A stretch of DNA of 32,000 nucleotides from Alkalilimnicola ehrlichii MLHE-1 (lineage in GTDB: Bacteria > Pseudomonadota > Gammaproteobacteria > Nitrococcales > Halorhodospiraceae): positions 810,001-842,000 of the forward strand of contig NC_008340.1 in assembly GCF_000014785.1 (NCBI RefSeq), read 5' to 3'. This document shows positions 27,322 through 32,000 of the stretch, piece after piece. The notes under the pieces were generated by a model, which saw only the letters and a list, made by a program, of their open reading frames with translations, was not told the origin of the DNA and did not search any database. Position 1 is the first letter of the stretch, and each line of letters starts with the position of its first letter. The translations under genes were made by a program, and so were the position numbers.

Positions 27322-28533
27322 TCAGGCCCGCGCGGGGCTCGGGCGGCTGGCGGCGTTGCCAAAATGCTTTCGGTTCAGTTGCATCACTAGCCAGATGGTG
27401 GCGGCGTGGAAGGCCAGGGCGACCCCGGTGATCGTCCAGTAGAGACCGCCGTACGCCGCGATGGCACCACTGTCGGCCAGTGCGACATTGACCCAGAAGT
27501 GCAGCATGACGGTGATGGCGACACCGGGGCAGACCAGCGTGTAGCTGCCGGGTGAGCGCTCCGACCCGGTGACAAACCGTCGGAAATAGCCATACCGGCG
27601 CAGGACCACCCAACCCAGCAGCCCGAATGCGACCTGGGCCATCAGTAGCGTCGTCAGCAGGCCAAACCCTTGTACCCCACCGACCCCGTCACCGAGCACC
27701 TCGATACCGTGACCCTGGCGCAGCAGGGCGATGCTCAGGACCGTCAGGATGGGCACCACGATCCAGAGGCTGGGTGCGGTCTCTGGGTTGGCCCCCTGGT
27801 CGAGCATGCCCCTTATTCCCAGGATGAGTTGCACGGTGCCGCTGATGATGGCGGTGACGATGAAAAAGCTCGAGAGCACCAGGCTGACCAGGACGGTCAG
27901 GCTGTTCTCGCTCATGGCCGCGGGGGCGGCCAGCCCGACCCCGATCATGGACAAGGCGAACGCCGGCAGCAGTTGGGCGAAGCTATTGTTCTTGGTGCAA
28001 TCAAAATTGCCCTCGGTGAGCACTCGCCCCCAGAAATCGCGCAGCAGCATCAGCGCCCAGACGCCGACCGCCAGGAAGGCCAGCAGGGCCATCGGGAACA
28101 GCCACTCGACAATCTGCCAAAGGCCGGGGACGAAGGCCATGCCCAGCACGAAGCCGACGTTGATGCTCATGGCGAGCGTCAGCGGTCCGGCGAGCAATTG
28201 GGTCTCCGCGTTGCTCTCGCGCAGCGCCCGGTAGGCGGCGGTGCGTCGAAAGGCCTGGAAGCTCTTTAGGTTCCAGGCCAGCAACCGAAAGTGCAGGACC
28301 GAGAAATAGGCGATGCCGAGCCACGCCCCGATTAGGGCCAGCTGCTGGTAGAGCGGACCCTGGCCCAGGACGCCGATCAGTTCGTCGAATACCGGCATGG
28401 GGGTTTCGCTGTAGGGCATCCAGTGCATCAGCCACATGAAGAAGGCAACACCCAATCCCCCGGCGCCCAGGGCCGCCAGGAAATAGAGCGGTGAGTACTG
28501 CTCCGGTGGGGTGTGGGGCAGGCGTTGCAGCAT
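27322..28533 (-). CDS. Multi-pass membrane protein, TDT/SLAC1-like
   Basis: 403 aa after trimming to the ATG behind GGAGGAG; many TM segments; YSPLYFLAALGAGGLGVAFFMWLMHWMPYSETPMPVFDELIG, NFDCTKNNSFAQLLPAFALSMIGVGLAAPAAM. Confidence 0.6.
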   Translation of the reverse strand: MLQRLPHTPPEQYSPLYFLAALGAGGLGVAFFMWLMHWMPYSETPMPVFDELIGVLGQGPLYQQLALIGAWLGIAYFSVLHFRLLAWNLKSFQAFRRTAAYRALRESNAETQLLAGPLTLAMSINVGFVLGMAFVPGLWQIVEWLFPMALLAFLAVGVWALMLLRDFWGRVLTEGNFDCTKNNSFAQLLPAFALSMIGVGLAAPAAMSENSLTVLVSLVLSSFFIVTAIISGTVQLILGIRGMLDQGANPETAPSLWIVVPILTVLSIALLRQGHGIEVLGDGVGGVQGFGLLTTLLMAQVAFGLLGWVVLRRYGYFRRFVTGSERSPGSYTLVCPGVAITVMLHFWVNVALADSGAIAAYGGLYWTITGVALAFHAATIWLVMQLNRKHFGNAASRPSPARA

Positions 28534-28586
28534 GAGGGCTCCTCCGTATTCTTGCGTTGGAGCGGCATCCAATCGCTCAGTGAATC

Positions 28587-28601
28587 AATATATTCATGAA
28601 A
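28587..28601 (-). promoter_or_regulatory. Candidate operator/-10 region for the TDT/SLAC1-like gene
   Basis: Minus strand TTTCATGAATATATT, matching the motif in front of the ArsR-rhodanese gene (ATTCTGGAATGTATT), in an AT-rich patch within otherwise GC-rich DNA. Confidence 0.45.
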
Positions 28602-28660
28602 GATAATATGTGACTGGGGCGCGGTCAAATGCCCGCCCTGTGGCGGGTTGCCGCAGGGGG

Positions 28661-29281
28661 TCACGGCCGGTATTCGGGCCAATCGGGCGGCAGGTGGCGT
28701 AGATCGCCGGGCTCGTCGATATCGTGCAGGGTGGGGCAGTGGTGCAGGGACCACCCCAGGGCACTGAGGCGGGCGGCGGTCACCTGGCAGACCGTGGGGG
28801 TGCTCCAGGGCACATCCCGAAAGAGGTCCGGGTGGCAGTGGTTGAAGCCAAGGGCGGCGTAGCCGCCGTCCGCCACCGGTGTGATCGCCGCATCGGCATC
28901 GCCCAGCGCGCGCGCCATGGCGTGCAATCGGTCGGCGGTCAGAGCGGGGCAATCGGTGCCCATCAACAGTGCCGGTCGGCCGCCGGCGATCACCCGTCCG
29001 GCGGCACGGGCTAGCCGGGCACCCAGATCGCCGTCGCCTTGGCCGCTGAGGATCAGCCCCGGGGGCAGTTCCACTGCCCCCCAGGCCCTGTCGTCATCCG
29101 GGCTGCGACAGAGCTCCACCGGTCCCAGGTCCGCCCGGAGGGCCTGAGCCAGCGCGTGGGCCAACAGCCGGGCGGCGAGTTCGGCGGCGCCCGCCGGGCC
29201 GAGGGCTGGGATCAGGCGCGTCTTCACCCGGCCGGGGCGCGGGGCCTTGGCAAAGACCACCGTGTGCACGGTCGGGGTCAT
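28661..29281 (-). CDS. DUF2064 / TIGR04282-like glycosyltransferase-fold protein
   Basis: TVVFAKAPRPGRVKTRLIPALGPAGAAELAARLL, PALLMGTDCPALTADRL, DADAAITPVADGGYAALGF, WSTPTV. ATGA overlap with upstream glycosyltransferase fixes the start. Confidence 0.88.
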   Translation of the reverse strand: MTPTVHTVVFAKAPRPGRVKTRLIPALGPAGAAELAARLLAHALAQALRADLGPVELCRSPDDDRAWGAVELPPGLILSGQGDGDLGARLARAAGRVIAGGRPALLMGTDCPALTADRLHAMARALGDADAAITPVADGGYAALGFNHCHPDLFRDVPWSTPTVCQVTAARLSALGWSLHHCPTLHDIDEPGDLRHLPPDWPEYRP

Positions 29282-29982
29282 CGATAACGCTGTGCCAGCC
29301 GGTCGGCCGGCACCCCCCGCCAGTAATCGAAACGCAGGCGCCACATAAGCAGAATGGTCGCAGCGACGCCGTGGCGCTCCCAGCGCCGGCCCGAGGTGAG
29401 CACCTGCTCGGGCAGGCAGGCGGGGGGGCCAAGCCGCTTCAGGCGTCGGCTCATCTCGATGTCCTCCATCAGCGGTTGGTCGGGGAAACCGCCGACCGCG
29501 TCGAAGGCCTCACGGCGCATGAACAGCGCCTGATCGCCGGTGGCGATGCCGGTGAGCCGTGAGCGCCGGTTCATCAGTGCGGCAACCACGGGGAGCAGCG
29601 GGTGTCGACCGCTGATGGTGACATCAAAGCGGCCCCAGACCGGGGCCGGAGCGCCCAATGCCTGTTGCACCAGGCGGTCGGCACCGGCGGGCAGCCGGGT
29701 ATCGGCATGCAGAAACAGCAGCAGCGGGTGGCGGGTGGCCCGGGCGCCCGCGTTGAGCTGGCGGGCACGGCCCGCCGTGGCCGTGATCATCCGCAGCCCG
29801 TGGGCCTGCGCTGCCGCCGGCGTGTCATCGTGACTGCCGCCGTCCACCAGCAAGATCTCATGCCCCGGGGCCAGCGCAGTACTACGCAGGTTGCGGGCCA
29901 GGGCGGGGATCTGGCCGGCCTCGTTCAATACCGGCACGATCACCGAGAGCGGCGGCGTTGTGTGCGGGCTTTGCGTGTTCAC
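29278..29982 (-). CDS. Family 2 glycosyltransferase, TIGR04283-like (arsenosugar-associated)
   Basis: LSVIVPVLNEAGQIPALARNL, EILLVDGGSHDDT, GRARQLNAGA, LLFLHADTRLP, TGIATGDQALFMRREAFDAVGGFPDQPLMEDIEMSRRLKRLGPP. Confidence 0.88.
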   Translation of the reverse strand: MNTQSPHTTPPLSVIVPVLNEAGQIPALARNLRSTALAPGHEILLVDGGSHDDTPAAAQAHGLRMITATAGRARQLNAGARATRHPLLLFLHADTRLPAGADRLVQQALGAPAPVWGRFDVTISGRHPLLPVVAALMNRRSRLTGIATGDQALFMRREAFDAVGGFPDQPLMEDIEMSRRLKRLGPPACLPEQVLTSGRRWERHGVAATILLMWRLRFDYWRGVPADRLAQRYR

Positions 29983-30058
29983 GCTGTCAGTATGGCATCA
30001 CCGCGCCGGTGATCATCCATATCGGGTGGTGGCCGGTCCGGCCTTGCCGGTGGTGCGA

Positions 30059-30724
30059 TCAGTGCTCCTCCACCGGCAGGCCCGCCGCCCGCCATTCCGG
30101 GTAGCCGTCGGCCAGGCGCCGGGCCTGCAGCCCGTGTTCGCGCAGCACCCGCACCGCCTTGTGGGCGAGGGCGCAGTAGGGGCCGCGACAGTAGGCGACG
30201 ACCTCGCGATCCGGCGGGAGGTCGCGCAACCGGCGCTCCAGCTCCGCGGCGGGGATGTTGATGGCCCCCGGCAGGTGCCCGGTCCGGTACTCCTGCTCGG
30301 GCCTGACGTCGAGCAGGGTTACCAGGCCGTCACGAAGGCGCGCGGTGAGGTCGTCGGCGTGGATCGCCTCCAACGTCTGTGACCCCTCGAAGTAGCTCTC
30401 GAGCAACTGCTGCATCTCCACGATATTGTGTTCCGCCACCCCACGTAATGCCGCCAGCAGGCCGACCACGTTGTCGTCGGTGATGCGGTAGTGGACGTAC
30501 TTTCCCTCCCGCCGTGGCCGGACCAGGCCGGCCCGGCGCAGATGTTGGAGGTGTTGCGACACCGTGGCCACCGGCAGCCGGGTGAGCTCGGTCAGTGCCT
30601 CCACGGTGCGTTCGCCCTGGGCCACGTACTCCAGCAGCTCCAGGCGGTAGGGGTGCCCCAGGGCCTTGCCCAGGGTGGCCAGCTGTTCGAGGAGGTCGCG
30701 CTTTTCTGGGCGGATACGGGACAT
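30059..30724 (-). CDS. ArsR-family transcriptional regulator with C-terminal rhodanese domain
   Basis: 221 aa. wHTH KALGHPYRLELLEYVAQGERTVEALTELTRLPVATVSQHLQHLRRAGLVRPRREGKYVHYRI, then rhodanese VTLLDVRPEQEYRTGHLPGAINIP...VVAYCRGPYCALAHKAVRVL. Confidence 0.92.
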   Translation of the reverse strand: MSRIRPEKRDLLEQLATLGKALGHPYRLELLEYVAQGERTVEALTELTRLPVATVSQHLQHLRRAGLVRPRREGKYVHYRITDDNVVGLLAALRGVAEHNIVEMQQLLESYFEGSQTLEAIHADDLTARLRDGLVTLLDVRPEQEYRTGHLPGAINIPAAELERRLRDLPPDREVVAYCRGPYCALAHKAVRVLREHGLQARRLADGYPEWRAAGLPVEEH

Positions 30725-30775
30725 GGGGGCTCTCACGGGTGGTGTTCGGCGTGTGGGATCGCATACGCTGGCATT

Positions 30776-30795
30776 ATTATAATACATTCCAGAAT
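30776..30795 (-). promoter_or_regulatory. Promoter/operator of the ArsR-rhodanese gene
   Basis: Minus strand ATTCTGGAAT (inverted repeat ATTC-N2-GAAT, 30795-30786) immediately upstream of a perfect -10 hexamer TATAAT (30781-30776). No clear -35. Confidence 0.55.
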
Positions 30796-30981
30796 ATGAA
30801 ATACAGATGCCGGCGGCGCCGCTTGCCCGTCATTAACGGGGTCGGCTCATCAGCACCGCATCGACATCATGCGCGCGATGCGTGAGACTCAGGGGCGCGT
30901 CAACCGCTATTTGGGCAAGCATTTTGGGCCGCTGGGTGAGGAGCTGGAGCGCCTCGGGGCCACCTGACCGAGGGAGGAGCC

Positions 30982-32000
30982 ATGGGCAGACCCTACCGAC
31001 GCTACCTGTGCCGCGTCTGCGGTTATATCTACGACGAGGCCAAGGGCGATCCTGACGGGAGTCTGCCTCCCGGCACCCGCTTCGAGGACATCCCGGATGA
31101 CTGGGAATGCCCCGACTGCGGGATGCGCAAGGTCGAGTTGGATCTCCTTGAGGAGGGCGACGACGGCGGGGGCAGCCCCAAGATCCGCACGGGGTCGGCG
31201 CGCCCACAGGATCCGGGGCCGGGTCAGGACCCGCACCCGGTGGTTATTGTCGGGGCCGGTATGGCTGGTTGGGCGGTGGCGGAGGGGGTGCGGGCCCAGG
31301 ACGAGGGCCGCGCCATCACCCTCGTGACCCAATGTAACGGGGACGTCTATTACAAGCCCCAGCTGTCGGCGGCGGCCGCGCGTGGGCGGGGCCCGGATGA
31401 GCTCATTCAGGCGACCGGCGAGGACAAGGCCCGGGCCCTGGGGGTGAATCTGCTGGCCCGTACCCGGGCGTTGCGCATCGACACCGACCGGCGCCGCCTG
31501 ATCACGCCGCGTGGCGGTATCCCCTTCGGTGACCTGGTCCTGGCCTGCGGCGCCCGCCAGCCCCGCCCGAGGCTGGCGGGGGACGCGGCCGGCGACGTGC
31601 TGCAGGTGAACGACCTGGCCGATTACCGGCGGCTCCGTGAACGGGTGGATGTCCACGACTCGGCACGGGTCTTTATCCTCGGTGCCGGGCTGATTGGCTG
31701 CGAGTTCGCAGAGGACCTCTCCGGCGCCGGCCATGCGGTGACTCTGGTGGACATCGCCGAGCGGCCGCTGGCGCGGCTGCTGCCCGTGCCCCTGAGCGCG
31801 GACCTGGCATTGGCGCTGGATGACAAGGGCGTGGCGCTGCACATGGGCCGGACCGTGGACGCGGTGGACCGGGCCGCGGATGGGGGCTATCGGGTGATGC
31901 TGGACGATGGTGGGGTCGTGGCCGCGGACGTGGTGGTCAGTGCCCTGGGCCTGATCCCAAACACCTATCTGGCGACCCGGGCCGGGCTGTCGGTGGGGCA
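30982..32000 (+). CDS. Rubredoxin-FAD/NAD(P)-dependent oxidoreductase fusion (rubredoxin reductase-like), runs off window
   Basis: ATG behind GGGAGGAG. N-terminal rubredoxin domain [43 protein letters not shown], then [21 protein letters not shown]...[38 protein letters not shown]. No stop before the window end. Confidence 0.9.
   Translation, partial: MGRPYRRYLCRVCGYIYDEAKGDPDGSLPPGTRFEDIPDDWECPDCGMRKVELDLLEEGDDGGGSPKIRTGSARPQDPGPGQDPHPVVIVGAGMAGWAVAEGVRAQDEGRAITLVTQCNGDVYYKPQLSAAAARGRGPDELIQATGEDKARALGVNLLARTRALRIDTDRRRLITPRGGIPFGDLVLACGARQPRPRLAGDAAGDVLQVNDLADYRRLRERVDVHDSARVFILGAGLIGCEFAEDLSGAGHAVTLVDIAERPLARLLPVPLSADLALALDDKGVALHMGRTVDAVDRAADGGYRVMLDDGGVVAADVVVSALGLIPNTYLATRAGLSVG

Noticed and set aside
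1-32000. Prophage, transposase, toxin-antitoxin, restriction/anti-phage system or tRNA/rRNA genes
   Set aside because: None of the ORFs shows motifs for these, and no tRNA- or rRNA-like sequence was recognised by eye.

Overview
This 32 kb, high-GC window is densely coded and looks like gammaproteobacterial chromosome, probably a halophilic or haloalkaliphilic Ectothiorhodospiraceae-like organism (lineage is inference). From left to right it contains: the end of a SUF Fe-S operon (sufD end, sufS, sufU); an RND efflux pair; a glycine betaine ABC operon (proVWX) with a strong intrinsic terminator; a small membrane protein; tandem intergenic palindromic repeats; a DUF4382-type lipoprotein; hemH; a rearranged 7-gene Mrp/Mnh-type cation/proton antiporter operon with a split MrpA; an NrtR-like Nudix regulator with nadA; an MFS transporter; a PHA synthase; and a Sir2 deacetylase. 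The right end carries the most interesting region: seven co-directional minus-strand genes (about 24.1-30.8 kb). They encode an ArsS-like radical SAM protein, a MerA-like flavin disulfide oxidoreductase without the MerA metal-binding cysteines, a TVP38/TMEM64 protein, a multi-TM TDT/SLAC1-like protein, a DUF2064 (TIGR04282-like) protein, a TIGR04283-like glycosyltransferase, and an ArsR regulator fused to rhodanese. No arsM, arsC, arsB or acr3 is visible nearby. Two promoters in this cluster share the motif WTTC-N2-GAAT-R-TATT, and a long stem-loop overlaps the Shine-Dalgarno region of the TVP38 gene. A divergent rubredoxin/FAD-dependent reductase fusion starts next to the regulator and runs off the window. 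All family assignments come from motif recognition and gene order; no database search was run.
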